From: the human T2T-CHM13v2.0 reference genome, Homo sapiens
Assembly: GCF_009914755.1 (NCBI RefSeq)
Contig: NC_060937.1
Reading direction: 5' to 3' (one strand)
DNA: 64,000 bases
In this document: positions 44,214 to 57,320 of the stretch, piece after piece
How the letters are laid out: the number at the start of each line of letters is the position of its first letter
Numbering within the stretch: position 1 is the stretch's first letter
The notes under the pieces: model-generated
Seen by the model: the letters and a program-made list of their open reading frames with translations, nothing else
The model's database searches: none
What the model was told of the DNA's origin: nothing
Translations under genes and position numbers: made by a program

Positions 44214-45509
44214 TAATATCACAATTCGCCACTTGGTGTCACTAGACCTCCAGGAAACTCAAATTTACACTTACCCTGACAAGAGATTACGTTAGATTTC
44301 CACACCTTTTTTTCTGTAAGGCCCCATTTCACACAAAGATATTACAAAATGACAACGGCATGAATTATCGGAATGATGGAACTATCTTCTAAAAGGGTAG
44401 TAAACTCAGGTTAACTCCCAAACAGAATACACACCTATTACCTTACTAGTAAGAGTAATAACCACCAATTATTGAGCACCAGCCACAGTGCTAAGTGCTC
44501 TACCTATATTGTCTTATCTAATCCTGAAAACACGATCTTCCTTTAATGGTAGTTGTCTTTATTTTTAAAATGAGAAACCTGAGCTCTGCAGAGGTTAATA
44601 ACTTGCCAAGCTGTTCCCAGTACCCAATCTCACATACAGATCTCTGCTAAGCCATGAGGCCACAAAACAGAAGCTATGTTTTTGGTCTGGAGAAATATTC
44701 TCCACCTGGAAGACAACCCTTACCCACAAAAAGGCAGTAGCCCAAGGGCTGTCAACGAAGTGCCAAGCGACTTTCCAATGACTATTAAAAGTAAAAGAAT
44801 ACAGCCCGGGATTCAGAAGACCCGGCCGGGGAAGGACTAATCAATGAGGTTTCATGGAAGACAAGGGATGTCAGCTGATCTCTGCATGGGGTTCAGAACT
44901 GAGACAGCCAGAAAGAGGACATGTGAATGGGGTGAGGCGCAGAAAGCTTCTAAACAGCCACTGCCATTGCTTGGCAAATGCATGACAGCCAATCCATAAA
45001 CAATATTGTCCCAGAGCTATCCTTTCCCGTCAGATCCCAAAGGCCCACTCGTTTCTCACTGCTTTCCACTCCCAGTGCCAAAGTACTGACTCATAGCATT
45101 TTTGGCTAAAAGGGAAGGAACTGAATTTTCTTTTTTACTTTTAAAAAGATGCTGAGCTGGCTCCTCAGTCAAGTGCTGATGATTCACTGCGAACAAATCC
45201 CAGTGGCGAAAGGCCAATCACGGTCATTTACCTTATTCAAATCTTAACAGCTGGAGAGCAGTGAGTTTTTGCAATGTGGTACCCTGCAATAAGGGCTGAA
45301 AATGACCTTTGTCTCCGCAAAGGCAACCACATGCAGGCGGCCTGGTTCCTCTTCAACTGGACATGAAGGATTCTCTGAGCAGCTCTGGCACTAAGTCAGC
45401 TGGACCTGAGCACACTGGCTCTTCTGTGATTCTGGGAAAAACATATTACAACTCAAAGTGTGCTGTTGAAAATATAACAAAATCCCATCTACTTGGGACC
45501 AATAGGAGA

Positions 45510-47530
45510 TACACTTTTATTTTTTGTTTCCATAGTAAAATACACATAACATAAAGATCTCCTGCCTTAAACCATTTTTGAGTGTACAGTTTAGCAGTGC
45601 TACGAACATTCACATTGTTGTCCAACCATCACCACCGCTGGTCTTCAAAATTCTTTTCATCTTGTGAAAATGAAACTCTGTATCCATTAAAAATGAACTC
45701 CCTGGCTGAGTGTGGTGGCTTACGTCTGTAATCCTAGCAATGTGGGAGGCCAAGGCGGGAGGATTGCTTGAGCTCAGGAGTTTGAGACCAGCCTGGCCAA
45801 CATGGTGGAACCCATCTCTGCTAAAAATACAGAAATTAGCCAGGTGCAGTAGTACGCACCTGTGGTCCCAGCCACTCGGGAGGCTGAGGTGGGAGGATGG
45901 CTTGAGCCCAGGAGGTGGGGGTTGCAGTGAGCAGAGATCGACCACTGCACTCCAGCCTGACAGAGGGAGACCCTGTGTCAAACAAAACAAAACACGGACT
46001 CCGTGTTCCCCCCGGCAACTACTTTCTGTCTTTGTAATTTTGAATACTGTAGATCATGGTAGCAAAAGTAGAAGTAGCCCCTTCTACTTTCTGTCTTTTT
46101 AATTTTGAATACTATAGATCATGGTCCCCAGCCTTTTTGGCACCAGAGACCAGTTTCTTGGAAGAAAATTTTTCCATGGACGTGGGCTGGGTGCGGGGAT
46201 GGTTTCGTGATGAAATCATTCCACCTCAGATCATCAGGCATTAGATTCTCCTAAGGAGTATGCAACCTAAATCCCTGGCATGCTCAAGCAGTAATGCTCA
46301 CTCATCCTGCTGTCACCTCTTGCTGTGCAGCCCAGTACTTCTTCTTTTTTTTTAATGTAATTTTTTGTTTAAAGAAGGGGTCTTGCCATGTTACCCAGAC
46401 TGGTCTTAAACTCCTGGGCTCAAGTGATCTGCCCACAATGGCCTCCCAAGGTGCTGGGATTACAGGTGTGAGCCACCATGCCCAGCCCTAGTCCTGAATA
46501 TGAAGACACAAATAGGTTAAAAGTAAATGGATGGGGGAAAAAAATCCCATTCCAACACTAATCAAAAGAGAGCCAAAGAGGTAATAATAATATTAGACAA
46601 AGTAGATTTCAGAGAAAAGAATATTGCTAGGAACAAAGAGAGCCATTTCATAATGCTATAAGGTTTCATTAATCAAAAGAGTGCAGCCCAGTTCTTAACC
46701 AGGGGTTGGGGACCCCTGCTCTAGGTATCTCATAGAAGTGGAATAAAAAGTGTTTTGTTTTTTTTTTGTGACAGGCTTATATCGCTTAGCATAATGGCCT
46801 CAAAGTTCATTCATTTTGTAGCATGTGTCAGAATTTCCTTGCTTTTAAAAAATATATACTTTTTTTAAGGGAAATTTTAGTATCATAACAAAACTGAGAG
46901 GAAGGGATGGAGATTTCCCATAGACCTCCTGTCCCCACACACAGACAGCCTCCCCCACTATCAACATCCAGCACCAGAGGGGACATTTGCTACAACTGAT
47001 GAACCTACATTGCCACATCACTACCACCCAGAATCCATGGTTTACCTTAGGGTTCACTCTGTGTTGCACATTCTATGAACAAATTTATGACACAGATCCA
47101 CCATTAGAGTATCATACAGAGTAGCTCCACTGCCCTTAAGAATCCTCTGTGCTCCATCCTTTTTAAAGCTGAATAATCATCCATTGTATTATATATCACA
47201 TTTTATTTATCCATTCTTCTGTTGATGGACACTTGGGTTGCTCCCACCTTTTGGCTGTTGTGAATAATGCTGCCATGAACATGGGTATACAAATATGTCT
47301 TTGAGACCCTGCTTTCAATTCTTTTGGGTATAAACCCAGAAATGGAATTGCTAGATCAAGGTAATTCCATTTTTAATTTTTTAAGGAACTGTCACCCTCT
47401 TTTCCATGGTGGCTGCACCATTTTGCATTCCCATCAACAGTGTACAAGAGTTCCAAATTCTCCACATCCTTGCCAACACTTGTTATTTTCTGATTATTTT
47501 ATGCTAGCCATCCTAGTGGGTGTGAGGTAG
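45510..47530 (-). mobile_element. L1MB-type 3' fragment with nested insertions (AluJ 45704-45993 +, MER1 46120-46718, L1MC-like piece ~46860-47160)
   Basis: L1 3' UTR antisense text 'gttgtccaaccatcaccac', 'tttatccattcttctgttgatggacacttggg', 'cattcccatcaacagtgtacaagagttcc'. Confidence 0.8.
46120..46718 (+). mobile_element. MER1B-like hAT MITE split by a 340-bp retro-insert
   Basis: 'catggtccccagcctttttggcaccagagacc'...'ggggttggggacccctg'; 8-bp TSD ctatagat / ctctaggt. Confidence 0.82.
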
Positions 47531-47762
47531 AACCCTTCATTCATGTATTTTTTTAAACTCTTCCCAAGGCTGAAATTCTATGAATTTTTGAGAGCTCTAA
47601 TTATAAAATATTGCAGTAGTACCTGATGGTTATAGAAATGCATTGTTCATTTAAGATTTCACCACACCCACCCGGAGGGATCCTGGGCCAGAAAGGAAGA
47701 GAGTTAAGGTGAGGTCACAGCCCCCTGGGATAGGCACTTTTCACAAAGGAAAGAGGGAACAA

Positions 47763-48010
47763 GGCTGGGTCTGGTGGCACGTGCCTGTAATCCCCTTGCT
47801 TTGGGAGGCCGAGGCAGGAGGATCACTTGAGCCCAGGAGTTCGTGGTTGCACTGAACAGTGATTCACACCACTGTACTCCAGCCTGGACAACAGAGTGAG
47901 ACCCTATTTCAAGAGAAAGAAAAGAAAAGAAAAGAAAGGGAGAGAGAGAGAGAGAGAGAGGGAGGGAGGGAGGGAGGGAGGGAGGGAGGGAGGGAGGGAG
48001 GGAGGGAGAA
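47763..48010 (+). mobile_element. Alu monomer/deleted AluJ whose tail expanded into (GAAAA)(GA)(GGGA)n
   Basis: Alu start ggctgggtctggtggcac; purine-only tract 47911-48014. Confidence 0.8.
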
Positions 48011-48285
48011 AGGGCAACCGATTCAAGTGAATTTCAACTTAGTGAAGTCAGGATACCTAAAGTTCCATTAATTTCTAAAACCAGAGTGGGCCCACAGTGA
48101 GATCACAATGTGAACATTAACAAAGCAAAACAAAAATTACTATAAATAACACAAGCGATGCTTCATTGTCAATCTTTGGATTTGGAATACAATTTTTCGA
48201 AAATCTAAAACCTGATTGTTAAGTTACATCTGTTGCGGAACGTTACAAATGATTAGGAAGGTTCAAAGTCCATTGATTAGTGTGA

Positions 48286-48594
<309 letters not shown>

Positions 48595-48649
48595 TGAATT
48601 GCTTTTTGGTCTGCTTTACCTATCAAGCTTCCTGTAGGGTCCAGAACTC

Positions 48650-48832
48650 TTTATTATTATTATTATTATTTTAGAGACAGGGTCTCACTGTTTTGCCCAT
48701 GCTGGAGTGCAGTGGTACCATAACAGCTCACTGCAGTCTCAAATCCCTGGCCTCAAGTGATCCTCCTGCCTCAGCCTCCTAAAGCGCTGGGATTACAGGC
48801 ATGAGCCAACCCAGAACTCTTCAGAAAATTCA
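48650..48832 (-). mobile_element. Alu monomer (FRAM/AluJ-type)
   Basis: (TTA)n tail and monomer-length Alu text; ccagaactctt on both flanks. Confidence 0.8.
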
Positions 48833-49029
48833 AGAGATGGACAGGAAATCCCTTCCATAAGGCTTTCTTTTGTAAGGCTGGTGGAGCATGTTAATCTCTG
48901 GAAAGCACTTCTGTCTAGGAGCCAAGTTTGGCCAAACACCTGCTGGGCCTGCTCACCATGTCCTGGTCCTTCCATCACCAAGTGCATGAGTGGAATCAGG
49001 CTCAGTGGGGACTCCTGGGCCTGAATCCT

Positions 49030-49296
49030 TCCATCAGAAAGTTTTTTCTAGAATGAATAAGACCTACTATTTGATAGCACCACAGGGTGACTATAGTCAA
49101 TAATAACCTAATTATACATTTTAAAATAACTAAAAGAATATAGTTGGATTGTTTGCAACACAAAGGATAATGCTTAAGGGAATGGATACCCCATTCTCCA
49201 TGATGTAATCACTTCACATTGCATGCCTGTATCAAAACATCTTATGTACCCATAAATGCATACACCTACTGTGTACCCAAAGAAATTTTTTAAAAA
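49030..49296 (+). mobile_element. L1MA-type 3' end fragment
   Basis: 'gaatgaataagacctactatttgatagcac...ggataccccatt...cattgcatgcctgtatcaaaacatct'; aaagtttttt on both flanks. Confidence 0.8.
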
Positions 49297-49330
49297 AGTT
49301 TTTTCTTGGCATAAAAGAGAACTAGTGAAT

Positions 49331-49501
49331 ACAGGAGACAGCAACGAACTGCAATCTGGAAATCTGGGTTTGACTTGACCTCCTTGAACAGGAGACTGCA
49401 CTGAATTGCAATCTGGAAATCTGGGTTTGACTTGACCTCCTTGAACAGGAGACTGCACTGAATTGCAATCTGGAAATCTGGGTTTGACTTGACCTCCTTG
49501 A
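49331..49501 (+). repeat. 57-bp minisatellite, 3 copies
   Basis: Units start at 49331, 49388 and 49445; copies 2 and 3 are identical. Confidence 0.95.
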
Positions 49502-50416
49502 CTATGGGGAAACTGCTCAACCACTTTGAGCCTCCAGGCCTTCCACTATGAAATGGGGCCAACACCACTTACAGTGGTGCAGGTGAGCCTATGTGAAAAC
49601 TGCTGACACACAGTAGGTTGTCAATAAGTGCTCAATCTGGAACCAGAGAACCACTGATTTTTACAACCAGAGCCTAAAAGGATAACCCCAGAAAGTTCCC
49701 TTTTGTTTGCTTGACCCCTAGGGTGGGTGTCTGTCTGTCAGCCGAGGATAGGACTTCAGTCAATGTTCACCAAGTCATCATTAATAAAACGGAATCCTCT
49801 GGGCATCCTTTCAAGGTCTCTGAAAAACAGTTGTGCCCTCTGTGAGAACTTGACGAGGCCTCATTTGCCTGACATGTAATTCACTCAGACCAAATGACAT
49901 TGTTTGGAGACAACACTGGGTGCCTCCACCTTGGGCAGAGCCCAGAGGAGAAGTAATGGCTTCACATGCCCAGAAAACCCTGCAGTGGGTGAGGGAGCAA
50001 TTCATCTCCTCTCCAGGATGGGGCTGTTGAGCTGGAGGCAGCAAAGTATCAACTTTGGAGTTACAGAAAAACTCTGACACCCAAACTGCCTGAACCGTCT
50101 GCCTCTGCTCGCTAAAGTCTATTTCTCTACTTGGCAAATTTATGTGAGATAATTCTGCCACAATAAACCTTTCAAAGGGAGGGGCAATAATATTCTGCAG
50201 AGAGGAGAAATTTTCCATTTTTGTTTGCCCTTTTCCTTTTCCCATCTGTATTCCCCTTCTTCTTCAATTTTCTATCATTCCCCTGATCCAGGTATCACCT
50301 CTCTTCACTACCCCCCAGGCTTCTGTACCAGCGAATGTTCCCTCTGCCTATCTCCCCAACCCCTTCCCCGCTTGGCTTTTTCACACTCCGCACTCGACAG
50401 CAACCCTGTGCCCCCA

Positions 50417-50454
50417 GCGTGCGCATGCACACACACACACACACACACACACAC
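50417..50454 (+). repeat. (CA)n microsatellite preceded by gcgtgcgcatg
   Basis: Uninterrupted purine-pyrimidine alternation over about 38 nt. Confidence 0.9.
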
Positions 50455-51551
50455 TTGAGAGGCCTCCTGGTGTGGCAGTGCCCTGGTCCCAGCAGCACCA
50501 TAATTGTGTCTCTGTGGTGCCTCCCGTCACCATGGAAACAAGCGTTTGCAGTCGCTACAGACAGACACAGCCATTACAGTGGCTGGTGCCTGTCAATCCA
50601 CATGTGAGTGTGTGCGCTTAAAATAGAAGTTCTGTGAATAAAAACAGCAATTAGGGAAATCTGGAAATCTTTCTGATTATGGATGCATTTAGACCTGCTA
50701 CCAGCTCACTTCCCTTCCACATCATCCTTCTCCACTGTTGTTTCTAACAGAGGTGTGGAAAGCCAATAAGCCCATTCTCCCTGGAAACAATGCCTCCTGT
50801 GAAGGGGATTAGCCATCCTTAGGGATCTACAGGGTATGAGGATCAACAATAGCAGGTGTGGCACTGGCAGGCCCTTTAGAAAATCTGACTCTGATGCCTG
50901 CTCTTTGAAAAACAAACAAACAAACAAAAAAAATTGGAGTACTGAAAATGCAAAAGGGAAGAAGAGTATTCAGGAAATGATCAATGAAATGCAATTAATA
51001 AGAGGCTAAGATATAAATATTAGGACAGGAGACGAGGCTGTCATTGAAGGCAGGCTGCGGAGTCTGTTTATTTTGCAATTAGCAAAGGGTAAGTGACTGA
51101 AAGGTAATTGACAACTCTCTAGGCACTAGTAAAGGGTAACCTGATGTCATCTCATTTTTGATGTTACTGAAAGGAGAGGTCCTTGGCAGCCTTGGCCCTT
51201 GGGACTGAGGGATTTGGCAGCCTACAGGCTCAGGAGAGACTGGCTGGGGATGGGCTGCCCCTCCAGGCCCTTTTTCCTTTGCTTTCCAGAATCTTCCTCC
51301 CCTTTGGCCAGGTAGTAATGCCAACTAGCAGAACATGAAGGATCTATTCTAAGATTGATGCTTGTTCCCAAATTAAAGTGTATTCCAATGGAAGAAATAG
51401 ATATTTTATCAGGAAGAAAGCCACATCCTCAGCACAGCAGTATTGATCCCCAGATTTAAGGAAAAGTAAAAAGTCCAAACAATCGTAATCAGAGAGTGGA
51501 GAAGATATTAAGAGTTCGTGAGGTGCAGTCCTCACTTAAAAGGCCGATGAA

Positions 51552-51884
<333 letters not shown>

Positions 51885-52668
51885 TCACAGAGGAGGCAGG
51901 GGAGAACCAGGAGGTTGAGGATCTGGTCTCAAACCCACCCTAGCAAGCGAACTCCCAGTATAGTTTGTTTCCATTAAATCTTCTCATGGGTCTGTGTTTG
52001 ACTTTCATTGCTATACCTTGGCTCGTACACATGCTTTTAATCAGATCTGAGTAGCCAGCTAAATAATGTGGGAAATCAAAAGCACATACTGAGGGGTATA
52101 GAAGTGATCACCTCTTTCACACACAAAAACCACAGCACTTTTCACAATCTGCCTGACATTAGCTCCTTGAGAGGGTTTCTTTTGTCGCTCACTCGCAGCT
52201 TTCTGCATCTCTGAGTGAATGGCTTTGGAGGTAGGGCAGGGGAGGGGTTGGAGAAACACAGAAACTGATGGGACCCTCATGGTCTTCTCAGGCAGATCCA
52301 AGATCCTTCCCTAAGCAGAGGCTGCATTTGTAAGTAGAGCTACACCTTAGTTTTTCAGGGGTGATGATGCGCGCAATGGGTATGAAGCACAGAACATGTG
52401 GTCAGGGAGGGAGATCAGCCCTAAAGAGAAAGGGGAAAGATGGTGAGGAGGAAAGTTTCCTCACTGCAAGAAAGCCTGGACGATCATGTAAAGGCATTTC
52501 TGTTTGCACTGAAAAGGTTTAATGCTCTTGTAAAAGCTCCATTTTCCTAATAATATTTTGTGTAGAAAAGTATTTAAATTACCTCCCCTTCCTGTTCTCT
52601 CATTAATTGAGCAGAGAAAGGGGTGGACAATAGAGACTGAGACTGGCTGAGAATTAAGTATCAGTGGC

Positions 52669-52877
52669 GGCTGGGAGCGGTGGCTCACGCCTGTAATCCC
52701 AGCACTTTGGGAGGCTGAGATGGGTGGATCACTTGAGCTCAGGAGTTGAAGGCCAGCCTGACCAACATGGTGAAACCCTGTCTCTACTAAAAAAAATACA
52801 AAAATTTGCCAGGCATAGTGGTGCACACCTGTAATCCCAGCTACTTAGGAGGCTGAGGCAGGAGAAGGCTTGAACCC
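52669..52877 (+). mobile_element. 3'-truncated Alu
   Basis: Left arm and linker present; right arm stops at 'cttgaaccc' with no tail. Confidence 0.88.
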
Positions 52878-53034
52878 TGACCCCCTTTTTAGAGGCAAGG
52901 GGGAGACTTCTGTAGACAGCCTTAGTGAAGAGAAATGCCTTAATTTTCTACTGAGAGCAGTGAGGCGCCAGCCACTGGGCTTCATCTTTTCACACGTATT
53001 GTCTCATTTCATATTTAAAACGACCCTTAGGGGG

Positions 53035-53168
53035 TGCTTGAGGGGAGGGATACCCCATTTTCTGTGATGTGATTATTACTTATTGCATGCCTGTATCAAA
53101 ATATCTCACCTATCCCATAAAATACATACACCATTATGTACCACAACAATAAAAAAAATAAAATAAAA
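53035..53168 (+). mobile_element. L1MA-type extreme 3' end
   Basis: 'tgcttgaggggagggataccccattt...tgcatgcctgtatcaaaatatctc' followed by an A-rich tail. Confidence 0.75.
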
Positions 53169-54790
53169 TGACCCTGAGGGGCACCACTACCTGGTCTTTT
53201 CACGGATGAAATGGGAGGAGGCTGAGAGAAGACACCTAACCCGCCCTGAGTAACGCGGCCACAGTGGGGGAGCCAAGATAGAGTCCCAGTCTGTAACACT
53301 TGCTTCTTTTCCCTCGGACTTGAGGTAACCCAATACTATGTGCTCCAGAGGCCAGAAGCTTACAGTGTGAAGAGGTGCTTTCTTAACATATTATTGATGC
53401 CTGAACATTTCTAGAGCTTTTATGGCACAATCTCCTCCCTGCTCCCCACATCTGTCTCACTAGGGACAAGGAGCAGCCCATCCTCAGGGGTCCCCAGTCT
53501 CAGGCCAGCCTCCTGCGTGCTGTGCTGGTGAAGGCAGCCCCAGCCACCTGGCTAGATCTACTTCTGAGCCCCACTTTTGGACATTTCTTGTTCCTTATTT
53601 CCCTCTTTCCCCAGCACCTCCCAGTCCTGATGGGGCTGGAAGACCCAGCCCCACTGTTTCCTCCCTCCAACCCTGAGTGGCTGGAGTGCCACTGTTCTCA
53701 GCGCTGGGATGCGTCGGCCCCCGCCCCACCCACTGCCAGGCTGCAACATGAGATCTGATCCCCAATGTGACCTCAGCATGCTGACATCAGCCCCTGCAGC
53801 GGGGACCCCACGCCCAGGCTGTTGGCGACACCGCGGCCTGATGCATGTGCGAGGTGAGGGTGCCCGTTTTGTACCAGTGCTGTGCAGCCAGCTGCTCTCA
53901 CCTCTTGCAACACCGGTGCCAGCCCTCCCCCTGTGATGCAAGAAGGCCACCTGGATGAGGTCTGAGCACTCACTCACTATGTGGCCCAGCCAGATGCCAA
54001 GTCATAGTGTTGGGGGAGGGAAAAAGTGTTAACTCAATTTTCCATTCAAATCTTACAGCTTAATATTTATTATACCATTTATGATCTATTTTTCTAAAAG
54101 TCCCAAAGAATGGTCTAACAGAGCTCCCCCACTGCATGCAGATGGCTTTCTCTGTATTCATTCTGTCTCAATCTGTGCTTCTTAAATCTATTTTTCAACA
54201 GCTGACCTGAAGTTAAAAAACTGGTGACTCCTCACTGTCTTCTGAAATACTAGTGTGTCTTGACAAATAGCAGTTTCCATGGAGATGACGAAGGAAAGTT
54301 GCCCATGTTGCAATGAGCTTCTGATTTTATCTTGAACTATTAGTTTAACCCACAGCTCATTCATTATTCATTTGCAGTAAGGAAATGGCTGCAGCCCAGA
54401 ACGTTTCAGGAGACCTGAATCTTTGCGGCCGCCCAAAACAACTCACAGGGTATCATCAGCACACGCCATGAAGGACGCAAACTCCAGGATCTAAACAACC
54501 ATTGGAAATTGCCTGCAGGTGCTCTCTCACCTGCAGGCCATCTTCAGCAATGTAAATGTAAATTTTCAGCAAACAATAAATAGAAACTTTACAAATTAGC
54601 CCATGATTTAGAAGATAATAGGGGTACAGAATCCATAACATATTCACTCTCTCCAACACCTACCGCATGCTCTGCTTTTCTGAATTGACTATCTCCCCTT
54701 TGACAGACTCCCTTAAGATACATGTGTAGTGGAACAGCTTGTAAATTTGCTTTTTGCAAAATATCTATACTTTGGAATTTCAAAACATGA

Positions 54791-55379
<589 letters not shown>

Positions 55380-56540
55380 AAAACATCACCTTTATAAAGA
55401 CTTTTCTTCACATTTTTCACCTTAGAAGAAAATATTTAATTTTAAAAAATAACTGATATGTGATAAACTAAGAGTTGGTAGGTGCCAGATATACCTTTTT
55501 GCTTTTTTAAAGAAAGCACAGCTGCTGGGGTAATCAGTCTTAATTACATTTTTTACATATGTCTACTAAAAATATGAAAATTATATCTGAAGGTGGCACA
55601 CTCGTGATGAGAATGTAAAAAGCATAGAAAATATATTTGTGGTCCTAGGTCCTAGTTCCCAACAATGTCTTCCTATTTAAACCATGTGTTAATTGTCCCC
55701 AAGGATACAAAATTAGGTTGAATATCAGAGTACAAGTTGTACTAATACTAAATACCAAAATACAAATGAAAAGTAACTAAATTTTGTGTGTATTTAAGTC
55801 ATAATTTTTAATACTACACTACGGCTTCTATTAATGCTAGACAAATTGCCAGCATCCTGCAAGAATCCTCCACCTTGCCCAGGCCTTTGAAGCACATCCT
55901 TTCTCCCAGAGGGGGCGCTCTTTGATGCTCCAGAACTTCAGTCCCAATTGGCTATTGCGCCTCTGATCTCTGCTTGAGTTCTCACTGTCTCTCTGTTCAT
56001 CTTCAGTTACAAGGCTCCCAGGATACCTCTCCACCCCAGGTCATGCCTGGCCAATCCCAGCCTTCTCTGAACTTGCTCTGCAGTAGAGACAGTGGCTGTT
56101 GGTGTAATAAACACCTGTTCTCCACTTGGTTCATAGATACAGAGTGTAGGACTTCCAGCTGGGCTTAGAAATCTCTGGATCCCTCACAGCACCTATGTAG
56201 AGTTGTCTACACTCAGTGAACGCTCTAGATTAAGTCAGGGCAGATGGTTTCCAAGCTCATTTTGAACTCCAAGCAAGACTTAAAATGTTACTATTTTTGT
56301 TGGTTTTTAAACAGCCAACGTGGGGATTTTTTTTTAAGTGAGATATTTCTGAATATTCCCACCAAGTTATTTTGAATCTGATAAATTCTCTTGTACATAA
56401 TGTCTACAAAGTAGGACTGGAGAATACAAAACTGACCATGGAGAGTCAGTGTTTCAAATTCCTGCTCTGGGTGATGACTGCCTCAGGCTTCCTGGTGGAC
56501 CAGGTTCCTTACAAGGCAAGAGGACATACCCTCTCCTTGG

Positions 56541-57320
56541 TGATGGAGTTCAAAACATGCTACCCCAAAATATGGCACCTTGTCATTTGAGAAAAAGCAG
56601 AAATGGGATGGTCACTCTCATTTCACCCACCTCCCCTTCTCCCATGAAGCAGGTCATAAGACCCTCATGGGAGAGGTACCCTCTCTTTACCTAAAGAAAA
56701 GTGCCTAAGACACAGATGCCAAGAAGAACCTGAACAAACAGGCCTTGCTAAGTTCCCCCCACTTATTACCATTAGATCAGACCTTTATCCAATCATACGT
56801 CTCCATGACTGTTCACTCTTCAACAGACTTAGCATAGAAACACAGAAGTTTAACTATTTTTTTAGGTCTTCATTTCCTTATGAAGACTCCTGTGTCATTT
56901 AGATTAAAGGCCAGATGTGGTGGCTCACATCTGTAATCCCAGCACTTTGGGAGGCTGAGGCTGAGGATCACTTGAGCCCAGGAGTTCGAGACCAGCCTGA
57001 GCAACATAATGAGACCTCACCTTTATGAAAAATTTAAAAAATTAGCCAGGTGTGGTGGTGCATGGCTGTGCATGCCCAGTTACTTGAGAGGCTGAGCTGG
57101 GAGGATCACTTGAGCCTAAGAGGTCGAGGCTGCAGTGAGCTGTGATCATACCACTGCACTAGAACCTGGGCAACAGACAGACCTTATCTCAAACAAACAA
57201 CAACAACAACTTGTATTAAGTAAATTTGCATGCTTTTCTCTCATTAAACTATCTCTTGTTATAGGGGCCTCAGCTGTGAACCTAGGATGGAAGAGGAAAA
57301 GATTCTTCTCTTCCCCCCAT
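56541..57320 (+). mobile_element. MER39-like ERV1 solo LTR interrupted by an AluJ (56909-57210, +)
   Basis: 'tgatggagttcaaaacatgctaccccaaaatatggcacctt...gaacaaacaggccttgctaagttcccc'; resumes with 'taaatttgcatgcttttctctc' after the Alu. Confidence 0.75.

Noticed and set aside
44269-44296. Minus strand ctaac...tcttgtcag-G-gtaagt resembling a recursive splice site
   Set aside because: One base separates AG and GT, the pyrimidine tract is short, and the branch point is too close.
50705-50935. Possible ~194-nt cryptic exon after a (TTTG)n tract
   Set aside because: AAG acceptor and weak GAA|gtgagc donor; no other support.
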